Under the pieces are notes generated by a model that saw only the letters and a list, made by a program, of their open reading frames with translations, searched no databases and had not been told where the DNA came from. Below, in pieces: positions 1 through 13,077 of a stretch of DNA of 64,000 nt (position 1 is its first letter; the number at the start of each line of letters is the position of its first letter). Made by a program: the position numbers and the translations under genes. Origin of the DNA: Lama guanicoe. Taxonomy: Eukaryota. Where the stretch lies: assembly GCA_013239625.1 (NCBI GenBank), contig MU054187.1, positions 2,179,757-2,243,756 of the forward strand, read 5' to 3'.

Positions 1-770
1 TTTTGATTACTGAAACTTTGTAGTAAGTTTTGTACTTGTGAAGTGTAAGTTCTGCAATGTTGTTCTTTTTCAACATCTTTTTGACTATTGGGGGTCCTTT
101 GAATTCCCATATGAATTGTATGATCAGCTGGTCAGTTTCTGGAAAGAAGCCAGTCAGGATTGTCGTAGGGATTGCATTAAACCTACAGGTCAATTTGTCA
201 TCTTAACAACATGAAGTCTTTGAACCCATTCACCTGGGATGTCCCTCTACTTTTTTTAGGTCTGCTTTAATTTCTTTTAACAGTGCTTTGCAATTTTCAG
301 AGTACAACTTTTCACATTGTTTAAAAAAAAGTTATTCTTAAGCATTTTATTCCAGATGCTATTTTAAATGACATTTTCCTTCATTTTAGTTTTGGTTTGC
401 ACGTCGCTGCTGTATGGAAACACAGCTGATTTTCATGTATTGACCACGCATTCTGCACCCCTGCTGAACCCGTCTCCTAGTCCTAACAGTTTTTTAGTAA
501 ACATGTTAAGATGTTTATATACACAAGATCATGTCATCTGCAAATAGAGATGGTTTTACTTCTTCCTTCCCAGTCTGGGTGCCTTTTATTTCTTTCCTTG
601 CTAATTTCCTGGCTAGAACGTCCAGTGCAGTGTTGCACACAGGGGGCTAGAGCAAGCTTCTGTCCTATCCCTGACGTAAGGGGACGTAGTAAGTAGCTTT
701 GAGTTTTTTCCAGATGCCTTTTATCAAGTTGAGGAAGTTCCCTTCTATTTCTAGTTTGTTGAGTATAGCC
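1..770 (-). mobile_element. Old L1 (L1M-type) ORF2 fragment
   Basis: T-rich antisense L1 motifs (ctttgtagtaagtttt, gggattgcattaaacctacagg, atcatgtcatctgcaaatagaga, ttgaggaagttcccttctatt). Confidence 0.85.
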
Positions 771-3196
771 CTAAAATCTTAATGGAGAATGAACAATAAT
801 AAGTCACTATTTTTTATTTTATGTTTATTTGAACTTTCCTCCTTTAAATTTACATAAATGGCTAGGGAGTGATTCCCACCCCCCCACATTTCCTCCCGTT
901 TGCTCGTCACGGAAAACCTGCAAGGCTGCTCAGAAAGCGGAGGCGGAGGCCGAAGACGTGTGAAGTCTGTGTGCGAACCGCGCGAGGTCGCAGTGCGGGG
1001 CCGCGGGATGCTTGCGCCTCCCGGGGCTTCCAGGGCGGGACGGGGCGCAGCCGGCGCCGCGCTGTGGGATCCAACGCTGCGCCGCGTGCGCGCGCGGGGA
1101 GGGTAACCGCCCTGCCCTCCGCAGCGGCCGCATTGCCTCCACGTGATGGCGCCGCCTCAGCAGCGAAGCCGCTTGATGAGTTCTTCCCAGTGAGGAAATG
1201 AGCTTGGTAGGGCGCACTGGGTAAACCTTCATTATGCATGGGCGGTTTAATCGGTTTGGGGTTTTTAACTTTTGTTTTTCACTCCTCTTTTCCTTTTTTT
1301 TTTTAATGGAATAGAGCATTTTAAAAGCTTGTTGATAAGTAAACATTTGTTTGAAGCAAAACTTCCCTTCTCTCTCAGTTAATCTGGAAATTGAGCAACT
1401 GAAAACAAGACGTGAATGAGCAAGATGTGACATTAGACTAGCCCAGCGCATCACTGCACCAGTTGAAGACACAAAGCCCGCGCAGGGCCAGGGCAGACAG
1501 AGCCGGGTCGGCACAGCAGCCGAGGCCAAATCTGCCTGAGGGACGCGAGGCAGTTCAAGAGAAGTGCGGCATCAGCTGCGACAGGAATTAATGAAACCGC
1601 AAGCCGCTGGGTACCAGCTGAGAATGGGGCAGGTCCAGACAGTCTCCAGGCCGAACCCCGGGGGCTCAGAGGCCTCGGGGCTCCCCTCGCGGCCTCCTTG
1701 GTTGGTCCAGGCACAGCGGGACGCTGAGCGCCCACTGAGCGGGACCAGCCGATGCGGCCCCGAGCGCGCCCGGCGGGGGAGGCGCCCGGGGGGGAGGGGG
1801 GAACAGCGCTCAGGAGCCCCTGTACCTGGGGTCCGGGAACGAGGGTCTTTGTGAGCAAAGTCTTTGGGGAGAAAATAATTAGCAACATCTGGTGAAAAAT
1901 CTCAACAGTTACAAACCTCTGCCCTAACAAGGAAGAACACAGGTTGAAAAGGAAGAGAAAGCTTCAATGAGTTGTTCTAAGGAGAGGTCTGCTTGCCCAT
2001 GAAGAGAGCTGCCTGCCTCAGGGTAAGTTAGTTTGTACAGTTAGACGTTCATGGTAAGTGAGTTATGATACTCTTCAGAGCATTCTCCAAAAAGGTAGAT
2101 ATTAGGTTTATTTTATTTTTGAATGTGTTCTAGTTTGCCTTTACAAGGCATCTCAATTTAAAAGTGTTGTTTGGAGAATTATTTCTTTTTCAGAGGATAA
2201 TTGGTTTCGCTCATGAAAGCAATTGCCTTGAATGAGAAACGGTCTCACTGAGTCCTCTGAGCAACTGAAACATCTGTTAGAGCCATGCTGCTAAAGTCTC
2301 AGATTCCTCCACTTCTTGAGAAATTGTTTTCCGAAGCTGGCAGGTAATTGTAAAACCACAGCGACTGAGACGGTAGAAACCTGCTACTCTTCTCGTTTGA
2401 ATTTCTTTGTAAGTTCAGAAATAAAAGGCTGTACTTCTGACAATTTTCCATTGTCATAGCAAACAGGCTGTAACAAAAAAGGACGATTGCTCCCCTTCCC
2501 AAACTGGACTGAGAAATGATTTTCTTTGAGTGGATGTGAAAATGCGTGGCCCTGAGAGGTCTCACCTACTTCCACGGAAGTAAAATATCCTTTTGTTATT
2601 TTTAAATGGTTGTCATCAGACGTCAGCGATGTGTGTGTGAATCTGATGTTTGTGTGTACAACAGTAATTTTTATTTTCCACCCACAGTTATGCTGATATG
2701 TGGAGCAAGCGGCACTGAAACTTCAAACACAATCTCCCCAACGATATTTGATTAAACGCTTCCTGTTTTCCTATATGCCTGTGATGTTTTGTGCGTTAAA
2801 TTACCATAAGTTGGAAAATGTTAGGATGTTCGCTTAGAAGATGCATCAGATTCACCCAAGGCACTCGTCAAAAATTTCTATTCCAAGCCCTCCCCTTCCC
2901 CTCCTTCACCCCTACTCAGACCTATCAGGTTAGAATCTACGTCACTCAGGGAATCTGTGGCTTTAATAAGCACCCTCGGATGATCCAAAGGGTAGATCAG
3001 TTGTGCAGCGTCTACTCTTTTTTTCTAACTTTAAGGATTGTTTTTATAGTGTGACCACACCTTCCTGTTCAGCACCTTTGAGTTCTCATGCCTCCTCGAG
3101 AAGCACTTGAAATCACTGACCATCACTTCAGATTCCATTCCATTTTCAGGTGTCCTTTAAAATCCAGCCTTTTGACAAATAATTGCATTCCTAAAC

Positions 3197-3275
3197 AGGG
3201 CTGGCTTTATGAGCACGCAGCCTGTGCATTTGCACAAGGCCAGGCACTTGATTTAATGCCCTGCTATTACTGCTT
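3197..3275 (+). mobile_element. MER45A-like hAT-Tip100 DNA transposon fragment, interrupted by the SINE
   Basis: cagggctggctttatgagcacgcagcctgtgcatttgcacaaggcc...ttgatttaatgccctgct resembles the MER45A 5' end as I recall it. Confidence 0.55.
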
Positions 3276-3295
3276 ACTCCTTTTTATGATTAATC

Positions 3296-3374
3296 TTTTT
3301 CATGGAAGTACTGTGGGTTGAACCCAGGACCTTGTGCTTGCTAAGCACGCACTCTGCCACTGAGCTGTGCTCCC
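3296..3374 (-). mobile_element. tRNA-derived SINE (camelid type)
   Basis: gggttgaacccaggacc...gctaagcacgcactctgccactgagct is the reverse complement of the tRNA A/B boxes. Confidence 0.85.
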
Positions 3375-3437
3375 GGCCGCCCATTGCTGGTTTAAACTTC
3401 TCGACTTTTAAGAAAATTTTAAAAATTAAAAAAAAAG

Positions 3438-3741
3438 TTATTGAAATATAGTCAGCTTACAATGTATCGATTTCTGGAGTAGAGCATAATGTTTCAGTCA
3501 TCCATGTACATACATGTATTTATTTTCATATTCTTTTCATTAAAGATTATTACAAGATATTGAATGCAATTCCCTGTGCTCAACAGAAGAAACTCGTCTA
3601 TTTTATATATAGTAGTTAATATTTGTAAATCTTGAACCCGCGAATTTATCCCTTCCCACCCCCTTTCCCTGGTAACCATAAGTTTGTTCTCTATGTTTGT
3701 GAGTCTGTTTCTGTTTTGTAAATGAATTCATAGTGCCCTTT
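3438..3741 (-). mobile_element. L1 3' end, left part (continues at 5542-5595)
   Basis: Reverse complement matches the L1 3' UTR at 17000-17320 of this window. Confidence 0.9.
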
Positions 3742-5541
3742 AGAAACTTTTTTATCATTATTTTTTGCATTCCAACACACTATTTATTGAGAATTCATAT
3801 ACATGTGAAGCTCCCCTTCCATGCCCCCCTCCCCCTTCCCACTCCCCCACCTACCTCCCTACCCACCCTGGGCTCTACGATGACACCCTCTAGCTCAAGG
3901 ACCTCAGCCTCCTGCTGACACCACCCCTCCCCCTGCTCCTGCAAGGCCTCCCCCTCCCCCTCCGACTGACGGCACCTCTCCTGCAGCCCCTGAGCTCAGC
4001 CAAGGACTCCTCTGTGCTCAGGGCAGGGGGCTCCCCGGGATGTGCCCCTGCCCCCCCCACCACGACGCCCCGGGCGCCTGCCCTGCTGGCACGTTCCCTA
4101 AAGGGCGCCCCTGCTCTGAGAAGTGAACAATCGCCTTCTCACGTTCGGTCTTCTTCAGATCTGCTGTACTTTCCCTTCGGTTCAGACACTGTCTTGTGGA
4201 GATTTCTCTCGCGCTCCCGGCTTATGTCCACAGCTGTCTTCGTGAGCTCCGGCTTTGTGCCAGACAGGGCCGAGGGCGTACCCAGGCGTGCCACCTCCGC
4301 CCACAGCCCTTCCAGCTGCTCTCCTTCTAAGGCGCAGCGTCCCTCCCCCTCCACAAGGGAACTCTCCAGAGAACAAGGACTCCGCAGGCGGAATGCAACC
4401 AGGACGTCAGGTGGAAGTGGTCCCAGGCCAGGGGCCCACCAGCACCTCGGCCCAGTGACCCATCGGGAGGAGGACCACGCTCTGAAAGGTCCCAGGCCTG
4501 CCCTCGCCAAAGGCCGCCGTCGCCTCTGTGGACAGCCACTGACGCCGCTGCTCCGTGGAGTCTGGCCTGGGCTGGTGGCCTCGGATCTTTCACATCTCGG
4601 TCAGGGTCAGGACGCCCTTTGGGTCCAGGTCGCTCTTCTTGCTGCTCCGTCTCCCGGCTTCCCGTCTGGCTGGCTGTCTGTGGGGCGGGCCAGGCTGGTG
4701 GTACCGGTTCTTCCCTTCGTGGAGGTCGGGGCTGGGAGTCAGGGAGGCAGGCAGGGCCAAGGTTGCCAGGAGGCGATCTGAGGTTCCTGGGGCCCCTCTC
4801 CTCACCCTCTGCGGCCTCTGGGCTCAGACGCCCGGAGGGCAGCGTGGGGGCAGCACACGCAAGGACTGACGTGAGGGATTCCTCTTCCACCAGGTAGCAG
4901 CCTTTTTCTGCCAGCTGACCTGGGCCTGGCAGAGGTGCTGATGGCCACAGGTGGAGGAGGACTCGGGGAACAGCCAGGGGGAGCTTGGGGCTGCATACCC
5001 ACTGCGCACGTGGAGGGGGTCCTGGGGAGTGCGGCACGGGGGTCAGCAGTGCCCTCTGTCTACCGCGGTGTCGGGGGTGCTTGGCTGGCCGGTGAGAAGC
5101 CGGGTTGGGAGGCCAGAGGCCTGGGAGGGGCGCTCCCGGGATGGGCCGGGGTCCGCTGTGCTGCTGTTCTGGGAGCCCGATGCCCCGCCGCGGGGCTGGG
5201 AACAGGAGAGGAGCCGGGCCAGCCCCCGCGGGTGCAGGGGGCGCCGGGTGCGGGCGCGCGAAGGCGGATGCCAGCCCGGAAGTGGAGTGTGCGGAGGGTG
5301 AGGGGCCTGGGGCAAGAAAGTGGGCCCCCAGTGAGCCAGAGGTGGGCGCCGAGAAGGCGGTGGCTCAGGCGGCAACGAGAGCAGGCGCACCGGAAAGGCC
5401 ACCTCCGCTCTGGCCGACCCGGCCGACCACCCGCGGTGCGCCACACTGCCTCTCTGCGGCCCCACGGCCCCTCCAGCCCATCGCCAGGCTGCTCTCAGCA
5501 GGCCACGCCTCCGGCCAAGGCCATGTGGCGCTTAGCAGGCC
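3742..5541 (-). pseudogene. Processed pseudogene (retrocopy) of an unidentified GC-rich mRNA
   Basis: Minus-strand AATAAA at 3788-3783, then a degenerate poly(A) from 3766. Near-perfect TSD gtgcccttt (3733-3741) / gtgtccttt (5542-5550), the right copy ending in a TTTT/AA L1 endonuclease site. It interrupts an otherwise contiguous L1 3' end. Reading frames are broken by stops. Confidence 0.8.
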
Positions 5542-5595
5542 GTGTCCTTTTTTTTAAGATTCCACATATGAGTGATATCATAGGGTATATTTCTC
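5542..5595 (-). mobile_element. L1 3' end, right part (continuation of 3438-3741)
   Basis: ttttttaagattccacatatgagtgatatcatagggtat matches the reverse complement of 16970-17007. Confidence 0.85.
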
Positions 5596-5596
5596 C

Positions 5597-5897
5597 CAGT
5601 TGTAAGAGAAATAAGTACTAGGGATGTAACGTCCAACATGATAAATACACTTACCAGTGTTGTACGTTATATATGACAGTTGTTAAGAGAGTACATCTTA
5701 ACAGTTCTCATGACAAGGAAAAAAATATATATATATATTCTTATTTCTTTAATTTTGTATTTATGACATGATGGGTGTTCACTAAACTTACTGTGGCAAT
5801 AAGCTCCCGATGTATGTGAGTCAAATCATTGTTCTGTGCACCTTAAATGTACCGGGCTGTGTGTCAGTTACAGCTCAATAAAACTGGAAGAAAAAAA
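5597..5897 (+). mobile_element. Older L1 (L1MA/MB-like) 3' end
   Basis: aagtactagggatgtaa...gtcaaatcattgttctgtgcaccttaaatgt...ctcaataaaactggaagaaaaaaa. Confidence 0.8.
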
Positions 5898-6086
5898 TAT
5901 AGAAAACTAAGCGTGTGAAATCCCCATTTTCCAGGATGGCTGGAAAAATTAGAAATTACATATTCTAACTTGGTCAATGTCTGATTAAACCATTTTCAAA
6001 GCATTGGAATTTACTACATGTTTTACACCATAACTGTCTTGAACACAGTTTAATTTTTCTTTTTGAGTTAATATGAGTTGGCATTT

Positions 6087-6185
6087 TTCATTAAAATTTT
6101 TTTTTTCTAATGGAAGTACAGGGGTTTGAACCTAAGACCTCGTGAAAGCTAAGCACGTGCTCTACCACTGAGCTATATCCTCCCC
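6087..6185 (-). mobile_element. tRNA-derived SINE (camelid type) with 13-bp TSD
   Basis: Poly-T followed by the SINE body; TSD tgagttggcattt at 6074-6086 and 6186-6198. Confidence 0.92.
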
Positions 6186-8484
6186 TGAGTTGGCATTTGA
6201 ATCTCTTTACCAACATATACTATTGTAAATAAATACCTGGTTGTGTTAACTTTCAAATTTTGTGGATAAGTGAACATTTATTATGCTAGAAGACAATATT
6301 TTCTTAGCCCCCTACTGTAGATTTGTTCCACATTCAGCAGATGGAAAGAAGTTTCAAAATGTTCGGTTGTATTTGACATAGCTTTTTAGAAACTTAAACT
6401 GTTACTTGGAACCCAGTTTTTATTACCACTTTTCCATTTTCATAATATCTCACTTCGTTCCTGACAAGTGGGATGACTTTCGACATTTGCCTGGGACTGA
6501 AAACTCTGTTTAAAAATCTCATGGTAACACTATGTCCTTGCAAGGGCCATGGTCAAGATATTAAAAGAATTTGGCTCCCAGTCATTTTCACTCTAATTAG
6601 ACTGTTTTGTGTGTTCAGAGAGTAAACTCAGAGGCCTTCTGCAGAGTCTCCTTCTTGCCTTCAAAGCAACTGCATGGCTGCTTGCAAATGACATTTGTTT
6701 TGCAAACAGGTGGCAGAATCCTTACGTGCAAATGATTACAAACTAAACCAGATCTCTCGGGGCTGATTTTAGACTCTTTTTAAAAAATATTTTTTATATT
6801 TTGTTCTGAAATTTGATAAACTGGAGGAAGCAGCCCAAGAAGAGGAAACTGTTGAGCAAAGCTCGTGCTGGGGGAAGTTTCATGACTTACGGTCACACAA
6901 GGGACCTCTCTGGAGCCCAGAGGTGGTTTTGTCAAAGACAAACACAGTGGATGGGAGCTAAGTGGTGACAGCACTTCATGGTCACCACTGACAGCAGGGG
7001 AGAGAGCGGAGCCCCACTGTGACTGGCTCAGTGGGACGGAGAGTGTAAATAGGAGACCGGAGCGGGAGCGGGTTGGCAGCAGGCGGGACCCCCAGCAGAG
7101 TCAGGGCGGTGAAAAATCGCAAAGCGCGGGTCAGTGTCAATGCAATTAGGCACTTTGTCTGCCAGCTGGCTGTTGTGGAAGTCAGGATTTTGTTCTCCTG
7201 CAGAGACTGGGAGATTGAGGCCCTAACCTTCCTGATTCTTTCAAAAGAATGGCTTTCAGGTCCTTGAGAAAGTCACTCCTGACCTGTGGGAGATACAGAC
7301 ACATCTCAAAGGGACAGAGGAAGGATTCAGAATTGTAAGCCCTTCTTAGTAAAAGCTCCAAGGAAGGGAGGCCAAGGACCCATCCCCACGTGTGAGCTGG
7401 AACAGACAATAAACTCTTGACCGTCCTGAGCATCTCAAGCAGGAACTCAGAAGGAGCTGGGTCCTCCCAGGGGCCCGGCCTTTAGCTGCTGGAGGCCAAG
7501 TTGAAGTCTGGTCAAGCCTGGAGTGTAGAGGCTTGAGCGAGTGCTTACCACTGGGCATTCTTCGGTTCTTGGGTTCATCTAAGGGACCCACTGCTTTGCT
7601 TTAGACTCATAAAAAACAAGCTTTCTACAGTATTACGAACCTAAGCTCCTTAATTTTGAATGGCATGGATGCCCTTTAGTTACCTTAGTCTTGTAAACAA
7701 TATCAAAACAAGTGCAATTTGTATGCATTTGAATATTCCATATATTGCTTCTGAGAAGAGTATTTGATTAGAACCTTTGAACTTTGAGGAAAGAGAATGA
7801 AAGAGCCTGTTTTGTCCAAGTTTGTCCCCACTCCAGTTACCTTTGCTTTCTATGAATAGTGATCAGAGTGTTGACTTAAAATGTAAAGGTTCATCTTTTT
7901 CCATAATTTCAATTTCTTCAAAACGGAAGCTCATTTACTACTGTTTCATCATACTTTTAAAAACCATCCTTTGAAATCATTCTTCTGTGATGTGATTTAT
8001 GTCAACCCAGAATAGATGTGTAAACACTTTTTCATGAGCTTTGTAGAAAATTGATCACCTCGGGAGTCAGCTCAGCCCTTAACCCAACACCTCAGAATTA
8101 TTTATTATTCAGTTGAAAGATTCTGAACCAAATGTAATGGCTCCAGAATTTTAAAATATGTTGATGATAATGGCTCCCCATGAGACAAGCTGTCAAAGAA
8201 ATGACTGTCACCTAAAATGAACGTTTCCCAGCGGGTACTTCTGATCACTAGGCTGAGACGGTGCGTTTCAGACGCGGACTATTCCAAACTGCAATGTTTT
8301 GGAAAAGCAAGCTTCCTTTTTAAGCAGCCAGAAACTCCACATAATTTTCAGGAAAGCCATGTGTTAGGGCACTGTTAATAACCTCTGAAAGCCTGTTTGC
8401 AATCACAGAAGACAACAAATGACATTTATCTTGTAAATTCACAAGATGCTTATAAATTCACATGCTCACACATGCATGAATGTG

Positions 8485-8540
8485 CCTGTGTGTCTGTGCA
8501 CGTGTGTGTGGGTGTGTGTGGGTGTGTGAGGGAGAGAGAC
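8485..8540. repeat. (TG)n/(GA)n microsatellite
   Basis: Imperfect tgtgtg...gagagaga run. Confidence 0.75.
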
Positions 8541-11500
8541 AGATGGATGGGGAACAGGAGAGGAGAAGCAGAGGAGGAAATGCATGAAGACAGGAATCCG
8601 TCCTTCTTCTGAGCATCCTCTGGTGGTCCCTGCAGATCCACTCTCCACGCCCATGGACGTGGTCCTGCAAACCGGCGCTCACCTGACCTGCTCTGTCTGC
8701 TGTCAGCTGAGTCAGCCTGTCAAGCACTGACAGGCTGGAGGAGCCAGGAGAGCGAGATTAGAGCCTCCACGACCAGGCTCCCTCCATGCATGGCTGTGGA
8801 TTGGTCCCGGGTGGACCTGTCCCATTGCTTCACAATTCCCCCCTCAATCTACACCTGACGTCTCAGGGAAAGTGCCCCAAGACGAATCAACAGAAGAGAA
8901 CATGCCTGTCTACGGACGAGTCAGTCGCATACACTGACCCCAGCCTGAGGGCGCGCGTCTTTCTACAGCACGAGAGAAATTAAGAAGGGCGCTGCCTAGT
9001 GGGCAGAACCCCTGTTTACCCACCGCCATTCTTCATCTGCCTCTGCGCCTCAACACGCCCGTGAACTACATCACCTGGTCCTTGCCTTCTGGCTCCCGGC
9101 TGGGTTCGTCCACAGGAGGTGCTGGCAGCTCGGAGGTCGGAAGTGGAGAAACATCGCACTGTCTGTCCCCCTGGCGCCCCCGGTGCCGGTGGTCGGTGGT
9201 GGCCGCCTCCTCTCCTGAAGGCCGCGGTCCCCTCCCCAGGGTAGCTCTCCCGCATCCCTGGTTGCCCCGTCCCGCCGGGAGCCGCCCGCTGGTGACGGCC
9301 CCCGTGCCCGCGCGCTTCCCTGCGGGCTGCTCGCACCTCCGTGGCCGGTCGGTCAGCCATCGTGCTCGCTGCTGTTCCCAGCCCACACAGCCCCCCTTTC
9401 CACAGACCCCCGTCTGCGTGGGAAAGTAAACACTGAAGAGTAAAATGAGCCCATTCTAAGGGCCCCATTTGGAGTTTTACCCATATAAAAGAAAAAAAAT
9501 TAAGAATTAGATTGACAGCAAGAGAAATACATGTGAACCTCACACAGAATTTCAGACTTCTGCCTGCAAGACGTGATCAGCCTCCCGTCCACAGAGTCTC
9601 CACAGCTGGTCCTTCTCCACGTGCCCTGGAGCCGCGTAGTGAAAACCAGTGTTTCAGGCGCTCACATGTGCACGTAAATGCGGGAAGTCAGATAACAGCT
9701 CAGTTGCTCCGCCTCAATGAGCGGTGGCCGACGCTGAGGTCACAGAGGGACCTCCCAGTTAACCACGGAGGTTGTCAATCAGTCAGAAACATTTTTGGAG
9801 TTTGATATAAACCATCCATTTGCCAGAATAAGTCTGGGAGGAAGTAATGTGGCAAGGTGCAGAAGACATTTCAAAGCACAAAATTCACTTTGAATTTGTT
9901 TAAAGGAGTGACATATTACTTTAGGAATGTGAAACTTATGAAAGCACTTCAGTGAGTATTGTAATGCCTTACGACAAATGCCTTATTTTTTTTTCTACTA
10001 TCCATTCCTGCCAAAAGAAGCAATCCTGGTAACATTTAGTTTTAAGTAGATTGCTATTAATTATCAAGAGAAAGCTTATTAAACCTTGTTGTTAGGTGTG
10101 ACACTGTCCACATAGCACAGAATAAGGAAGTTTTGTTAAATTATCCAGGAGGTTGAGGCTGGTTGACAACAACACCTGATTCATTTAGATTTTTTAAATT
10201 CTGTATTGCAACCTAAACTAGCTGCTTCAATCAAACTGGCCAACTCATTTTTAACACCAAGACTGTTTCTTCTCTTCTAGTTTCTGAGAAAAACTATTCC
10301 TGTCTTAGAAATCGCACCCCCACCTGCAGCCTGTCTCCCCTGCCTGCACCCTGTGCGCCCTCAGGGCACATCAGAGCCACTTCCTCCAACACAGCGCGTT
10401 CTCCTCCGGGTCCTCTGTGCAGGTTCGTGGGACCTCGTACTGCACTTCTCGTTTGTCACTTGGGTAATTTGGTTTGGGATCTTTCTTTATGGCCTTTTTT
10501 TTTTTTTTTGCCAGAGGAAGGGATAAATCATGAGAAACCCAAAGCCTCATGATTCAAATGTAGGATCCAGTATGCACTCACCATAGAAAATGCTCAGCAA
10601 ATGTCTGCGATGACTTTTGAATGAGTAAATGGCTTGGTTCCCTAGTTTTCTCCTTCATTTTGTCCTCCTGAGTCAACCCAAGGGCATGACACACTGGGCC
10701 ATCATTTCACTTATACGCGTACATCTTTGGTTGGACGTTGAAAGTTAATATGTGAGAAGAGGCCTGAGCTAAGATGCAAGGGACCTGAAATCTAGTCCTG
10801 GCGTAGATCCGGCCCTAAAGTGAAACCCAGCTATTCCCTGTCTCAGGCTTTCTTGTCTGGATGTGGAAATTGAAATAACTTCCCACCACCGAGAACTGTA
10901 GTGAGACTCAAATTATATAACGGATGGCTAACGCTGCCAAAAAAAGAAAAAGGGATCATTAAGCCAGAGCTGGATTTAGATCTCTCCTTGGGGGACTTTC
11001 TACCTCCAAGCTATTGTGCTATTGTGACTACAGCCCTGAAGATTAGTTTCTATCTAGCAACCTGGTCCCAGAATGACCGCCCCGCCTGCCTTCCACAAAC
11101 TGCACTGTGACTCTCTTCTAAGGGCTGTTCACGGACGTGCTAATTGCAGTGCTTTAAACACAGCCTGAGCTTGGTCTACAAGGAAGGACTGGCAGTCAGT
11201 CAAGAGGCTAGAGACTCTTGGAGGTATGTTTTCTTTGCAATCAGAAGCTCACAAAATGGTCTGAGACAGCAGCAACCAAGCGTTTCAGCCTTCACAACTA
11301 GACCGTCTGTGTCTTCTCATTAGAAAAATAACCGCAGTGCACACTAGTCACTAGTGAGCCAGATGACACTAACAAGAGCAGGGAATTATTTCTGCTTTGT
11401 TTTTTTTTTCCTGTGATGGCTGGGACGCAGGTCACACTGGAAGTGCAGGCGGTGAAACTTACACAAAAAACACAGACTAGAAGAAGCACTAGAGGCCAAG

Positions 11501-11619
11501 TGTCCCCCGGGCTCGGTCGTGCCGGTGCAGCTGCTCTTCAGCTTGTGCCGCACGGACACGTCAGGACTTTGCACTCACGGGGTCCCGTGAGTCTGAACTG
11601 TCCTTTCCTTCTTTAACGC

Positions 11620-13075
11620 CCTTTGGCTATTCTGGGTCCCTTACATTTCTGTATGAATTTTAGGATTAACTTGTCGTTATGAAATAACCATTCACCTAGG
11701 GATGGCCTTGACTCTGCAGATCAATTTGAGTAGTTTTGCCATCTTAATAAAATTAAGTCCAAACCACGACAAAAGGTAACTTCCCATTCATGAAGCCCGT
11801 CTTCAATTCCTTTCAATAAATTTTTGGAGTTTTATCGTACATGCCTTATGCTTCTTTCTAAAAATTTGTTCCTAAGAATTTCTCTTTTTGAGAGAGTTGA
11901 AATTCCATTGTTAAGGTAAAATTAGCCATTTTAAAGCAAACAATCCAGTGGCATTTAGTTTATTCCTAATGCTATGCAACTACTACCTCTGTCTGGTTTC
12001 GAAACATTGTCATCAGCACAAAATAAACCTTCTTACCATTAAGCAGATTCCCAAGTATTTTACTCTTATTGATGTAATTATAAATGGGATGGTTTTCTTA
12101 ATGAGATTTTTAAATTGTTCACTACTGGTGTATCAAAATCTGATCAATACACTGCAACCTTCTGCACATGTCTGTTCATTTTAATAGCTTTTTAGTGGGT
12201 TTCTTAGAATTTCTGTATATAAGATAGTATCACCTACCCAGAGAGATAATTTTACACCTTCCGTTCCAATCTGGATACATTTTATTTCATTTTCTTGCCT
12301 AATTATGCTGGCTGGAATCTCTACTACAGTGTTAGTAAGAAATGGCACATCGCTGCTTTCTTTCTGACTCAGAGAGAAAGGTTTCAGCCTCTCGTCGCTG
12401 AGCACAACCTCAGCTACGGATGTTTGCAGACGCCCTTCATCATGCTTAGAAAATTCTCTTCTATGCTTAGGTTTTTGAGGGCTTTATCATAAATGAGACT
12501 AGTTTTCTTGGTATTCTGCCGAGTGTTTCTGTCCAAAGGGTACTGGCTTGTCGTTTCCTTTTCTTGCAGTGTCTGTGGCTGGCTTTGTCACTCGCGTACA
12601 CTGGCCTTACGCAATGAATTGAGAAGCATTGCATCTCCCTTCTCTCTTGGACTAGCTCATGAAGGACTGGCATGAGTCCAGCGTTAAGCATTTGGCAGGT
12701 TTCTCCAGTGAAGCCATGTGGTCCTGGGCTTTACATCACGCAAAGTGTTTTGGTAACTAATTCATCTTCTCTGCTTGTTATGTGTCGTTCAGATTTTCTA
12801 CTTCTTCTTGAGTCATTTTCTGTAGATTATATCTTTTTTAGGAATTTATCTGTTTCATCTAAGTTATCCAATTTCTTGGCATACAATTTTTCATAGTATT
12901 ACCTCATAATCCTTTTTGTTTCTAAATGATGAGTATTAATGTCTCCTGTTTCATTTCTGATTTTAGCAATTTGATCTTTTCTCTTTCTTCCTTAGCCAGT
13001 CTAGCTAAAGGTTTGTCAAATTTGCTTCTCAAGGAACCAAATTTTTTTCTATATTGTTTTTCTGTTTCTCCACTC
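11620..13075 (-). mobile_element. Old L1 ORF2 fragment, with a nested L1 3' piece at about 11890-12050; resumes at about 13625
   Basis: Antisense L1 motifs; the ORF track gives VVEIPASIIRQENEIKCIQIGTEGVKLSLWVGDTILY, which is L1 reverse-transcriptase-like. Confidence 0.88.
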
Positions 13076-13077
13076 AC

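Noticed and set aside
4014..5621. Long plus-strand ORFs (255, 228 and 150 aa)
   Set aside because: Antisense to the retrocopy; low-complexity R/G/P/A content expected from stop-poor GC-rich DNA.
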